Positions 49,870-58,648 of a stretch of DNA of 64,000 nucleotides are shown here, one piece after another. Both the position numbers and the translations under genes were made by a program. Under the pieces are notes generated by a model, which saw only the letters and a list, made by a program, of their open reading frames with translations, searched no databases and was not told the DNA's origin. This DNA is from an uncultured Actinomycetota bacterium (GTDB taxonomy: Bacteria; Actinomycetota; Actinomycetes; JAHEKZ01), in NCBI GenBank assembly GCA_963718235.1, contig CAVQYR010000001.1, positions 1,056,001 through 1,120,000 of the forward strand, read 5' to 3'. How positions within the stretch are numbered: the first letter of the stretch is position 1; every line of letters starts with the position of its first letter.

Positions 49870-50006
49870 TGCTGCTCAGTTGAACGGATCTGCCCGACCA
49901 TACATCGGGAGGCGAAGCCTGGAGGGGCTCGACCCATGGCCTGACCACTCACGCACATCGTGGAGGTGGGGGAGATCGGAGCTGAGGACCGTGGTTGCCC
50001 CCAACA

Positions 50007-50630
50007 TCAGCCCGAAAGAGCTTGCTGAACTGACCCGTTGGCCACCGGTCGGCAGGCTCGGCGGACCCGCACGACCTGGGCAATCAAGAGGGTGAAGACG
50101 ATGATGACCAGCCCGAAGAGCGTGAATGCCAGGGTCCTTCCGACCCCAGCGAGGGTTCGCGGCGGCGGTGGTGAGTACAGAGAAGCAGCCTCTGCCACAT
50201 CAAGGCTCGTCGTCCCTGTCACCGGATCGCCCAAGACGGTGGGTAGGTAGGTCGCCGAGATGGTTCGAGGCCCGGTAGTCGCTGCCACATACGTCACTTC
50301 TGCAGTGCCGGTGGCGTCCGTCTGAATGGCGCCGATCGGAACCTGGTTGTCACCGGGGGCGAACATCGCCGTGCTTTCGTAGAAGTTCACCAGCGCACCC
50401 TCGACGGGCTTGCCATCCACGGTGACTGTCGCCGTCACAGTGTTGTCCAGTCCCTCCTCCACCGCGGTCACCTCAACAGTGGGTGCCGTGGGCTAAAAAA
50501 AAAAAATGGACGCGGCATAGGCGGGTTGCGCTTGGGTCACACCAATCGCTCCCAGCGTGAGCACGAGCAGGACCACCGCTCCAGCAGCGCCGGCCGGGTT
50601 CGCATGCGATGCCTTGCCGGGCAGCGAGAG
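50007..50630 (-). CDS. Ig-like (Big_1-like) domain between TM helices; probably the C-terminal extension of the NrfD protein
   Basis: TVTATVTVDGKPVEGALVNF, TDATGTAEV; frame reads from ~50630 apart from a TAG at the T12 tract (50495-50506). Confidence 0.55.
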
Positions 50631-51967
50631 CTCCTCGACTGGAAGCCGGCCGCCTTCTCGGCCACCTCCTGCACCTCTGCGATGGACAGCAACGGAACGA
50701 CGCGAAACAGCAGCATCAACAACAGTGGTATCGCCGCAACACCACCGAGGGTCACCGTTATCGAGACCCAGGTGAAGTTGAAGAGATCACCGAAGGCATT
50801 GGTCAGGGTGCTGTAGCCAGAGGTCTCGATAACCATGATCACCCGTTTGATCCACATGGCGATGACGACGAGGATGGCCGCGGTCACGATGCCCCAGATG
50901 TTCCGAGTCCATGGCAGGGCGATGAGGACGACTGGCAGGATCGTGCCGGCAACGAGGAAGAGCCAGAACCAGCCCGCCACGCTTCCAACCAGCATGCCGT
51001 AGATGATCTCGGTGGGACCGGTCTCTCCGACGTAGGCGCTGGGGAGCAGGTCGGCGAAGGTCAGGTATAGGTACACCGCACCAAGCGCCACCATGATGTA
51101 CCCGAGGCGCACGAAATGCTGCTTGGTGATGAAGGCCTCCAGATGGTAGCCACGTCGGAATCCCGCGGTGACGAGGATGACCAGGGCGACCCCGGAGTAG
51201 AGCGCAGCTATCACGAAGTAGGGAGCCCAGATGCTCTCGTGCCAACCGGGCCGGCTGACGAGGGCGAAGGCCCACGCCAGCACTGAGTGCACCGAGACGG
51301 CCAGCGGAATGATGACGATGGCAACGATGATCGTCGCGGAGTGGAGCACCTTGCGCTGGTGAGTCGAGCCGACCCAGCCTCGAGAGACAAAGCGGTAGAG
51401 GACTCGGCGTCCGCGCCCGAGCTCATCGGGGTGTGAGGCCAGCAAGGTTGCGGTGTCAGGCACGAGCGGGAGCAGGAAGAAGACGAAGGTGGCGAAGGTG
51501 TACGTGAGGATCGCAATCATGTCCCAGAACACGGGCGAAGCGACGTTCGGACTGGTCACCATGCCAAGGAGGCGATCCGGTCGACCGAGGTGCGGAATGA
51601 TGAAGGCCGCACCGACGACGACCGTGACCAGAGCAGTACCTTCAGCCAGGCGGACCAGCGGTGCGCGCCACGAGGCACCGGTCAACAGCAAGATGGCCGA
51701 AACCACGGCACCGCCGTAGGAGACACCAATGATGGCGACGACATCGGCAATGTAGATGGCCCAGAACGAGTCATCCGTGTAGCCCGCTACTCCCATGCCA
51801 TTCCGGAGTTGGTAGATCCAGGCGGCGATGGCAATGACCACGAGAACCGTCAACAGCGCGACTGCCAGCCAGAACCTCTTACTCGCCTTGTGGAATGGTC
51901 GCATCGCTGCCTCGACCACCTCGGCCTGTTGGTTCGTCTTTGCTGTCGACTCCAGGACGCTGCTCAT
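50537..51967 (-). CDS. NrfD/PsrC/ActC-family membrane quinol-interacting subunit
   Basis: HLGRP, SPVFWD, SVHSV..W.F...PGWHESI.APYFV..ALYSG; about 10 TM helices. Confidence 0.88.
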   Translation of the reverse strand: MSSVLESTAKTNQQAEVVEAAMRPFHKASKRFWLAVALLTVLVVIAIAAWIYQLRNGMGVAGYTDDSFWAIYIADVVAIIGVSYGGAVVSAILLLTGASWRAPLVRLAEGTALVTVVVGAAFIIPHLGRPDRLLGMVTSPNVASPVFWDMIAILTYTFATFVFFLLPLVPDTATLLASHPDELGRGRRVLYRFVSRGWVGSTHQRKVLHSATIIVAIVIIPLAVSVHSVLAWAFALVSRPGWHESIWAPYFVIAALYSGVALVILVTAGFRRGYHLEAFITKQHFVRLGYIMVALGAVYLYLTFADLLPSAYVGETGPTEIIYGMLVGSVAGWFWLFLVAGTILPVVLIALPWTRNIWGIVTAAILVVIAMWIKRVIMVIETSGYSTLTNAFGDLFNFTWVSITVTLGGVAAIPLLLMLLFRVVPLLSIAEVQEVAEKAAGFQSRSSRCPARHRMRTRPALLERWSCSCSRWERLV

Positions 51968-52833
51968 TGCACACCCACCAAGGGTCCACCGACCGGCTGG
52001 CCGTTGCCGGGAATGTAGTAGCAGCGAGGTTTGGTACCCAGCTCCTCCTTGAACCGAACCGCGTTGCCCTCACGAAGGAATGTCGAGAGCTTGACGGTCG
52101 TCTGACCGTTGACAGCAACGTCCGTGACGAGGTCACCGATGAAATGTGCGCCGCGGGGGCACGCTTCAACGCAGGCCGGTAGCTGGTTGCTGTACGGGAT
52201 GAGGTCGGCGCACAGCACGCACTTGCCGACTGTCCCGATCTGGTTGGCAGGGAACTCTGGCGTGTTCGGCGACGGTGCCGGCATCCGGTGCGTCGGTGCC
52301 GGCGCGTTCCAGTTGAAGTAGCGGGCCTCGTAGGGGCAGGCAGCCATACAGGCTCGCGAGCCGATGCACCGATCTTGGTCGACCAGGATGACTCCTTGGT
52401 CGGTATGGAGCGTCGCACTGACCGGGCAGACGTCAAGGCAGGGTGGTTCCTGGCACATCTGGCACATCACCGGCATGAAGAACTCCTGGCCTGCCTCGTC
52501 GTGCCACGACAAGGTTCGCATCCAGGTCTGCTCGGGGGGCAGTCCGTGGCGCTCTTGGCAGGCAGCGACACACTTGCGCTCCCCTTTGCAGGCTCGCAGA
52601 TCGACGACCCGGCACCATTGATGCTCCTGGCCGCTGGCGCCCTCGACGGTCGCAGCCTGGGCTTCGTCCCGGTAGGCGATCAGCCCCAGGGCCCCCCCAG
52701 CGGCGGCCACACCAGCCATGCCCAGCCCTCGAAGCAGGTTGCGCCGGGACATGTCCAGCTCCTCTTCGGCGGGGGTGAGTCCGAGATCCACAGGGGGACC
52801 ATGACGCTTGCCGCTGTCGGACAGACGAGTCAT
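51964..52833 (-). CDS. NrfC/DmsB-type multi-Fe-S subunit with Tat-like signal
   Basis: SRRNLL; CKGERKCVAAC, CQMCQEPPCLDVCP, CIGSRACMAACP, KCVLC..PACVEACP, GTKP. Confidence 0.88.
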   Translation of the reverse strand: MTRLSDSGKRHGPPVDLGLTPAEEELDMSRRNLLRGLGMAGVAAAGGALGLIAYRDEAQAATVEGASGQEHQWCRVVDLRACKGERKCVAACQERHGLPPEQTWMRTLSWHDEAGQEFFMPVMCQMCQEPPCLDVCPVSATLHTDQGVILVDQDRCIGSRACMAACPYEARYFNWNAPAPTHRMPAPSPNTPEFPANQIGTVGKCVLCADLIPYSNQLPACVEACPRGAHFIGDLVTDVAVNGQTTVKLSTFLREGNAVRFKEELGTKPRCYYIPGNGQPVGGPLVGVQ

Positions 52834-52859
52834 CGTTTCCTCCAGGTTGTCGGATGCTC

Positions 52860-52993
52860 CGGCCGCTCTGCACATGTATCTGGCGACCGCCCCGAGAACC
52901 GGTGTTGGTTCCTGGCACCTCTCAGTGTCATTCGCCGCAGGCTTGTGACACATCGGTGTATCCCGCTCGGGCGATAGGTGTTATCACCTACTC
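52860..52993 (-). promoter_or_regulatory. Duplicated leader copy A with 7-2-7 palindrome (52975-52990)
   Basis: TAGGTGATAACACCTA..GCGGGATACACCGATGTGTCA..GACACTGAGAGGTGCCAGGA..ACCGGTTC shared with 55412-55551. Confidence 0.8.
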
Positions 52994-53099
52994 AACCCAA
53001 TTCAGACGCTGGGCGCGTCAGCGGCGTAGAGTTTGGAGGACCGGGACCTGAGCCCGTCACGGCGGGCGAATGCAGGCAGCGCGCTGAAGAAGGGAGCAC

Positions 53100-53771
53100 A
53101 TGGCTGACGCCGGAGAAGCAGACACCCGCATCCGGGTCCTCGTTGTCGATGACCACCCCCTCTTCCGGGCAGGCATCCGTGAACGGATTGAGGTGGTTGA
53201 CGGCCCCATCGTGGTGGTTGGCGAAGCGGAGGACGGGCTTCGGGCCTACGACCTGGTCGGGCGCTTGCGGCCGGATGTGGTGCTCATCGACATCTCGATG
53301 CCGGGTATGAACGGGATCGAAGCCACCCGAATGATCGATGCCGACTTCCCCGACGTAGGCATCATCATTCTGTCTGTCCATGACGACGATCAGTACGTGC
53401 ACGCGGCCCTGGATGCCGGAGCCAACGGCTACCTCCTCAAGACGATTGAGGCCGCCGAGTTGAGGGGATTCATCGTCGGGGTGGCTCGTGGCGAACCCGC
53501 ATTGTCGCCATCCATCGCCCGCAAGGTGCTGACCCTCTTGTCGGGGACACCCACCGACACGAACAGACTGAGCGACCGTGAGCGGCAAGTCCTACAGCTC
53601 GCAGCGGGTGGCGCGGCAAACAAGACGATTGCCAAAGAACTATCCATGAGCACCAGAACCGTTGAGGCACACATGCGCAACATCTTCGAGAAGTTGGGCG
53701 TGTCCTCACGCACCGAAGCAGTTACCCTGGCCGTTCGCCATCAATGGATTCAGCTCACCGATGTCGACTGA
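53100..53771 (+). CDS. NarL/LuxR-family response regulator
   Basis: [46 protein letters not shown]. Confidence 0.95.
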   Translation: MADAGEADTRIRVLVVDDHPLFRAGIRERIEVVDGPIVVVGEAEDGLRAYDLVGRLRPDVVLIDISMPGMNGIEATRMIDADFPDVGIIILSVHDDDQYVHAALDAGANGYLLKTIEAAELRGFIVGVARGEPALSPSIARKVLTLLSGTPTDTNRLSDRERQVLQLAAGGAANKTIAKELSMSTRTVEAHMRNIFEKLGVSSRTEAVTLAVRHQWIQLTDVD

Positions 53772-55353
53772 GACGGCCACTGCCAAACCGGCCGCCCAAC
53801 CCCTGACGAACGGCGACTCAGGGCCCTTCAGGACCAGAGGTTGGCTGCACCTCGCGAACATCCCACTGCGCGACTACCGGTTCTGGATCGTCCAGATCTT
53901 GATCGTCCTGATCAACCTCGGTCACCTGATCCTGGAAGACGCCGAGGTGCTCGAGGGGGACTGGGCGTTGGACCTGCTGGCCATATCGGTCCTCTTGATC
54001 CCCGTCGTGTACTCCGCCCTCGTCTTCGGCCTCGGAGGGGCGATTCCCACGGCACTGTGGGCGTTCGTGCTCTCACTCCCTGAGATCAGCTCGCATCCTT
54101 GGACGATCAGGATCGGGATCCTGGTCCAGTTCGGGATTGTCAGCGCGATCGGAATTATTGTCGGAATCCGGGTCGATCGAGAGGCGGCGGCAACGCGCGC
54201 TGCCGATCAGGCCAACGTGCGCCTTTCCCGGCTGAACGCGACCGCCGCTGCCGTCGCAGCGTCCCTGGACCTGGAACGCGTTCTGAGGGGAACGCTACGT
54301 GCCACGCTCGACAGCCGAAAGCGGCAAGTCGCCTGGATTCGGACACTCCCCAGAACCCATACGTCGGGGCACACGATCATCGACGCCAGCCGGGTCGAGC
54401 CGCCGTTGCGGCTGGACCCCGTCCAGGAGGGGCTCACCCTCGCTGCCTGCCTCACCGGGCTTGAGCAACGTGACGATCCAGACGGAACGGACGTGCACAC
54501 CGTCGTGGTCGCCCTGAGCTCAGGGGAGCGAACGATCGGGGCCATCGGCATTACGCAGCCGGACGAAGTCATCCTCCGTGACGAGCGCAACGTACTCAAG
54601 GCAGTTGCGAACCAGCTGAGCGTCGCTCTCAACAACATCTTCGACCACACGAGTACACGCGAGGCACTGTCGGAGCTGGCCGAGGCCAAGCAGAACCTGG
54701 AGACGTACATCGAGCTGGCGACCGAAGCCCAGGAGGCCGAACGAAAGCGCCTCTCGCGCGAGCTCCACGACGATGTCCTGCAGTCCCTGGCGGTTGCCAA
54801 GGCCCAGATCGACGCGGTGAGCCCAGACAGCGCCTCTGAAGGGACGCGCGACCGCCTGCTCGGGGTGCAGGCGATTCTGGCCGAGACCATCGGCAGCGTT
54901 CGCCGGTACTGCAAAGATCTGCGCCCGTCTCTGCTGGATGACCTCGGCCTGATCGATGCCATCAGCTGGCTCGTGTCCGAGCTGACGGCTCGAACCGACC
55001 TGTCGGTCGACCTGGCAGTCGCCGGGCCCCGTCTGCGGCTGTCGGAACGCGATGAACTCCTCATCTTCAGGGTGGTGCAAGAGGCGCTCCGTAACGTGGA
55101 ACGCCACGCAGAGGCCACCAACGTGCGGGTCGGACTGGAGTTCAGCCGTGACGAGCTCACGGTTGTGGTCGAAGACAACGGGAAGGGAATGCGTCTGAGC
55201 AGCCAGACCAGGAAGCCCTCCTGGGAGGCCGGTCTCGGACTGCGCGGCATGGACGAGAGAACGAAGCTGCTGAAGGGACTCCTCGTCACCAAGAGCGGTC
55301 CCAGCGCGGGTACCAAGATCGCTCTGACCGTCGCACTTCGCCAAGACGAATGA
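53761..55353 (+). CDS. Membrane sensor histidine kinase (TM region, GAF-like, HisKA_3, HATPase)
   Basis: QEAERKRLSRELHDDVLQ, LRPSLLDDLGL, QEALRNVERHA, EDNGKG, GLGLRGM. Confidence 0.93.
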   Translation: MSTETATAKPAAQPLTNGDSGPFRTRGWLHLANIPLRDYRFWIVQILIVLINLGHLILEDAEVLEGDWALDLLAISVLLIPVVYSALVFGLGGAIPTALWAFVLSLPEISSHPWTIRIGILVQFGIVSAIGIIVGIRVDREAAATRAADQANVRLSRLNATAAAVAASLDLERVLRGTLRATLDSRKRQVAWIRTLPRTHTSGHTIIDASRVEPPLRLDPVQEGLTLAACLTGLEQRDDPDGTDVHTVVVALSSGERTIGAIGITQPDEVILRDERNVLKAVANQLSVALNNIFDHTSTREALSELAEAKQNLETYIELATEAQEAERKRLSRELHDDVLQSLAVAKAQIDAVSPDSASEGTRDRLLGVQAILAETIGSVRRYCKDLRPSLLDDLGLIDAISWLVSELTARTDLSVDLAVAGPRLRLSERDELLIFRVVQEALRNVERHAEATNVRVGLEFSRDELTVVVEDNGKGMRLSSQTRKPSWEAGLGLRGMDERTKLLKGLLVTKSGPSAGTKIALTVALRQDE

Positions 55354-55411
55354 TGGTGGCGGCCGCCCGCTCGGCGAACCACGTCGCCTGACTCTGCGCG
55401 TGCATGCGGCT

Positions 55412-55551
55412 GAGTAGGTGATATCACCTACCACGTCAGCGGGATACACCGATGTGTCATCACCGTGCGGCGATCGACACTGAGAGGTGCCAGGAGCGCA
55501 ATGACCGGTTCCTGGGCGCTCGCCGGAGACGTGCTTGCAGAGCGTGCGGAG
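55412..55551 (+). promoter_or_regulatory. Duplicated leader copy B with perfect palindrome TAGGTGATATCACCTA (55415-55430)
   Basis: Colinear with the reverse complement of 52860-52993. Confidence 0.8.
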
Positions 55552-55584
55552 TCCGGCTTGCTACCGACCGACTCAAGGAGCGTC

Positions 55585-56007
55585 ATGCGAAACTCAAGAA
55601 TCGTGGCCGGGTTTGTTGCGGCTGCCGCCCTGGTGGCTCTGGTGGGCTGCAGCAGTGACAGCTCGAATACCTCGACGAGCGAGACGGCGAGCGTGTCCAC
55701 AACGGGCACCGCGCCGGAGGACCAGCGAACGACGGACGCAGCGGTCGCCGAAGGCATGAATGCCATCAACGACCTAGCCGCGCAGATTGCCGCGGCCCCA
55801 GCTGCGCAGGGCAAGACACTGTCCGAGGGGATCGAGCCGTTGTGGATGCCGATCGAAGGGACCGTGCAGGAGAACAGCCAGGAGACCTACGACGCCTACG
55901 AAGGCGCCTTCACGCTGTTGGAGTCCGGTGACGTGACGAAGGCCCAGCAAGGTGCGAAGGCAGTCAACGATGCGACCGAGGCCTACCTCGCAGAGTTCCC
56001 CGGATAG
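55585..56007 (+). CDS. Small helical lipoprotein of unknown function
   Basis: AAGGAG RBS; lipobox LVGC; Ser/Thr linker; acidic helical domain with W..IEG.V...Y..YE. Confidence 0.8.
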   Translation: MRNSRIVAGFVAAAALVALVGCSSDSSNTSTSETASVSTTGTAPEDQRTTDAAVAEGMNAINDLAAQIAAAPAAQGKTLSEGIEPLWMPIEGTVQENSQETYDAYEGAFTLLESGDVTKAQQGAKAVNDATEAYLAEFPG

Positions 56008-56052
56008 TCCGGCGGGGAGTGCACTCCTTGGCTGACTGAAGTTCACGAGAGG

Positions 56053-56090
56053 CTCGGCGTCGTTGCAGTTCACGTTGCAGCGGCGCCGAG
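56053..56090. terminator. Hairpin between convergent lipoprotein and FMO genes
   Basis: CTCGGCGTCGTTGCA...TGCAGCGGCGCCGAG. Confidence 0.5.
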
Positions 56091-56136
56091 CACTGTTGGG
56101 CCGGCAGCATTTCCGCCAGCCCACGGTTCGAGGCCC

Positions 56137-57396
56137 TTAGGAACGGTCGTTCGGCGGGTAGGCGAGGTAGCCACGCTGGGTGGCGATGTGGTCGGCCAGG
56201 TAGGCGGCGTCGTGCCAGACGCCCCAGATGAAGCTCGACCCGCGACGTGACAGCCACGGCAGCCCCAGGAAGTAGACGCCGGGCTCGGAGGAGACGCCAC
56301 GTCGGTGCCTCGGCCGGCCGTTCTCGTCGAAGGCGTCCACCTGCAACCAGCCGTAGTCGAGGGAGAAGCCAGTGGCCCAGACGATCGAGGTCACACCGGC
56401 CTGAGTCAGGTACAGCTCGCTCAGGGGATCGGTCACGCAGGCCGGCGTTGGTCCCAGGTCGTGGGCCTCCGGCTCCTCCGGGAGCTCGAGTCCGTTGCGC
56501 TCGACGAACCGGTCGGCCTCCTGGAGCAGGGACAGGTAGTTCTCATCACCTCGGGCGATGTTGTCAGCGAGGTCCGGTGCGAACCGCACCACGCCGGCTT
56601 CGTAGGAGTCCGTTCGGCCGACGAGCACCATGCCACGAGCAGCAAGGTCTCGGAAGTCGACGGTGTGACCACCGTGCGCTCCGCTGACCGCGATCGTGAC
56701 GTGCTCGGCGCCCTTCGGCGGCGTCTCGGCGTCCCACTTGCCCAGCACGCCGAGCCACCAGACGAAGTCGCGCCCGCGGTAGCGGCGCGGCGGGCGATCG
56801 TGCGGGCCCACCGACAGGTAGACGCGGCGCCCGGCGGCGAGCAGCTCGTCGGCGATCTGCACCCCCGACGATCCTGCGCCGACCACGAGCACGCCACCGT
56901 CGGGCAGCTGTCCCGGGTTGCGGTAAGCGGTGGAGTGCAGCTGCACCGGCCCGGCGTCGGCGGGGACCACGTCCGGGACGACCGGACGCTGGAACGGACC
57001 GGTAGCGGCGACCACGAACCGCGCGTCGACCGTCCCCTCCGACGTCTGAACGCGAAAGCCGGACCGTCCCTGGTTCCTCCGGACCGACGTGACCTCCACC
57101 CCGCACCGGATCGGCGCTGCGATCTTCTCGGCGTAGGCGACGAGGTAGTCCGCGACCTGCTCCTTGGTGGCGAAGGCGTCCGGGTCCAGGTCGGAGAACT
57201 CCAGCCCCGGAAAGCGGTCGTGCCAGACAGGTCCGTTAGCGACCAGGGAGTCCCATCGCTCGGAGCGCCAGCGCTCGGCGATGCGGTGCCGTTCGAGGAC
57301 CAGGTGTGAGACCCCGCACCGGCCCAGGTGCTCGCTCATCGCCAGGCCGGCCTGTCCACCTCCGACGACGAGCACCTCCACCGCTTCGGTCGACAT
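56137..57396 (-). CDS. Flavin-containing monooxygenase (CzcO-like)
   Basis: VGGGQAG, ERWDSL, AATG, HSTAYRNP, VGAGSSG.QI, IVWATG, YFLGLPW. Confidence 0.88.
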   Translation of the reverse strand: MSTEAVEVLVVGGGQAGLAMSEHLGRCGVSHLVLERHRIAERWRSERWDSLVANGPVWHDRFPGLEFSDLDPDAFATKEQVADYLVAYAEKIAAPIRCGVEVTSVRRNQGRSGFRVQTSEGTVDARFVVAATGPFQRPVVPDVVPADAGPVQLHSTAYRNPGQLPDGGVLVVGAGSSGVQIADELLAAGRRVYLSVGPHDRPPRRYRGRDFVWWLGVLGKWDAETPPKGAEHVTIAVSGAHGGHTVDFRDLAARGMVLVGRTDSYEAGVVRFAPDLADNIARGDENYLSLLQEADRFVERNGLELPEEPEAHDLGPTPACVTDPLSELYLTQAGVTSIVWATGFSLDYGWLQVDAFDENGRPRHRRGVSSEPGVYFLGLPWLSRRGSSFIWGVWHDAAYLADHIATQRGYLAYPPNDRS

Positions 57397-57597
57397 CGCT
57401 ACCCCGCTCGTCGTGAAGGACCCTGGCCCGGGCTGCGGCTGCACGCCCGTGGGCATCGTCGCGCCGTTGGCTGCTCCTGTCCAACAGATGTTCTAGGCCT
57501 CTTGCATCAATTGCCTCGATGCAACGACGCGCCCCCGGCCGGGATCAGGTCTCCAGCCCCGGCACGTGCTCGTTCTCGAACGCGACGTGCTGCCCAC

Positions 57598-58608
57598 TCA
57601 TCGTGGAGTCGCGTCGACCCAGCGCTGGACGCGCTCGACGGTGAACAAGTGGGTGAGGATGTCGTCGAGCCAGAAGACCTTCCGGTCCCGCTCCTCGGTC
57701 GCCAGCGTCTCGTCCAGGGCCTGGACGGCGTAGTGCTCGACGAGGTGCTGCTGGACGGCGAGCACCCCGGCGAACGAGCTCGGCTGCAGCCGGACGGGAG
57801 GGCCGCCGCCCAACTCGTACGCCGCGAGGAAGCCACGAACCTCCCGAAGGGGCACCTCGAACTCCGCAAGCGCACCTGCCAGCTCGCACTCGGCCACCGC
57901 CGGACCGCAGTTCTCCCAGTCCACGACCACGGCGCTACCGTCCGTCCCGAGCAGCACGTTCTGCGGGTTGAAGTCGCGGTGACAGGTCGTGCGTGGACCG
58001 GTGGGTCCCGCGAGCACCAGCTCGTTGGTCGCCGCCAGGTCCGCGACCCGCTGGGCCAGCAGGGCGGCCCACGGGGCCGCCGCGTGGGCAGCCGCCGAGG
58101 CGAGCTCGTCCCAACGTTCAGCGGGCACCGCCTGCGCGAACCAGGGGTCGATCGGCCGGTCGTCGGCGATCGCCAGAGCGTGCAGCCGCCCGAGCAGGTA
58201 CGCCGCCTGGTCGGGAGCAGCGCTGACCGGCCCTGGCAGGAGGTCGACCCAGGTGTGGACCCGCACCTGCCACGCACCAGAACCCGCACGCACGTCGGCG
58301 AGCAGGGCGCCGTCCGGTGTCCGGCGAGGCAGCGGTGTGTGGACGAGCGCGGCGGCTGCCGCACTCGCGAGGCTGGCGTCGACGCGCGCCTCCTCCTCAG
58401 TCCAGGGCTCCAGCAGCTCCTTGACGGCCCAAACGCCGGTGGAGGTCTTCAGGCGCCAGATCCGACCAAGCTCACCGCGCGCCGCGAAGGTCGCCGGTCC
58501 TTCCGGGTGTCCGAGAGCGAAAGCGTCCGCTATGGCGGCGGCGTCCGGCGGCGGAGCGGTGACGGGTACGGGAGGAGGCCCGATCGGGCGCCCGATTGAG
58601 TCGATCAC
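57598..58608 (-). CDS. Aminoglycoside phosphotransferase/kinase family protein
   Basis: WAVK, LGRLH, CHRDFNPQNVL, VVDWE. Confidence 0.85.
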   Translation of the reverse strand: MIDSIGRPIGPPPVPVTAPPPDAAAIADAFALGHPEGPATFAARGELGRIWRLKTSTGVWAVKELLEPWTEEEARVDASLASAAAAALVHTPLPRRTPDGALLADVRAGSGAWQVRVHTWVDLLPGPVSAAPDQAAYLLGRLHALAIADDRPIDPWFAQAVPAERWDELASAAAHAAAPWAALLAQRVADLAATNELVLAGPTGPRTTCHRDFNPQNVLLGTDGSAVVVDWENCGPAVAECELAGALAEFEVPLREVRGFLAAYELGGGPPVRLQPSSFAGVLAVQQHLVEHYAVQALDETLATEERDRKVFWLDDILTHLFTVERVQRWVDATPR

Positions 58609-58648
58609 CGACTCATCATGGCGGCCCGAGGCGGCCTAGCGTGTGCCC

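Noticed and set aside
49949-49975. TCACGCACATC as the left end of unit C
   Set aside because: Only a short match, with no upstream left-end blocks and no TACGGGGGC after it.
55452-55551. Leader as a TPP, NiCo or Moco riboswitch
   Set aside because: CTGAGA is present, but I could not see the other consensus elements of these classes.
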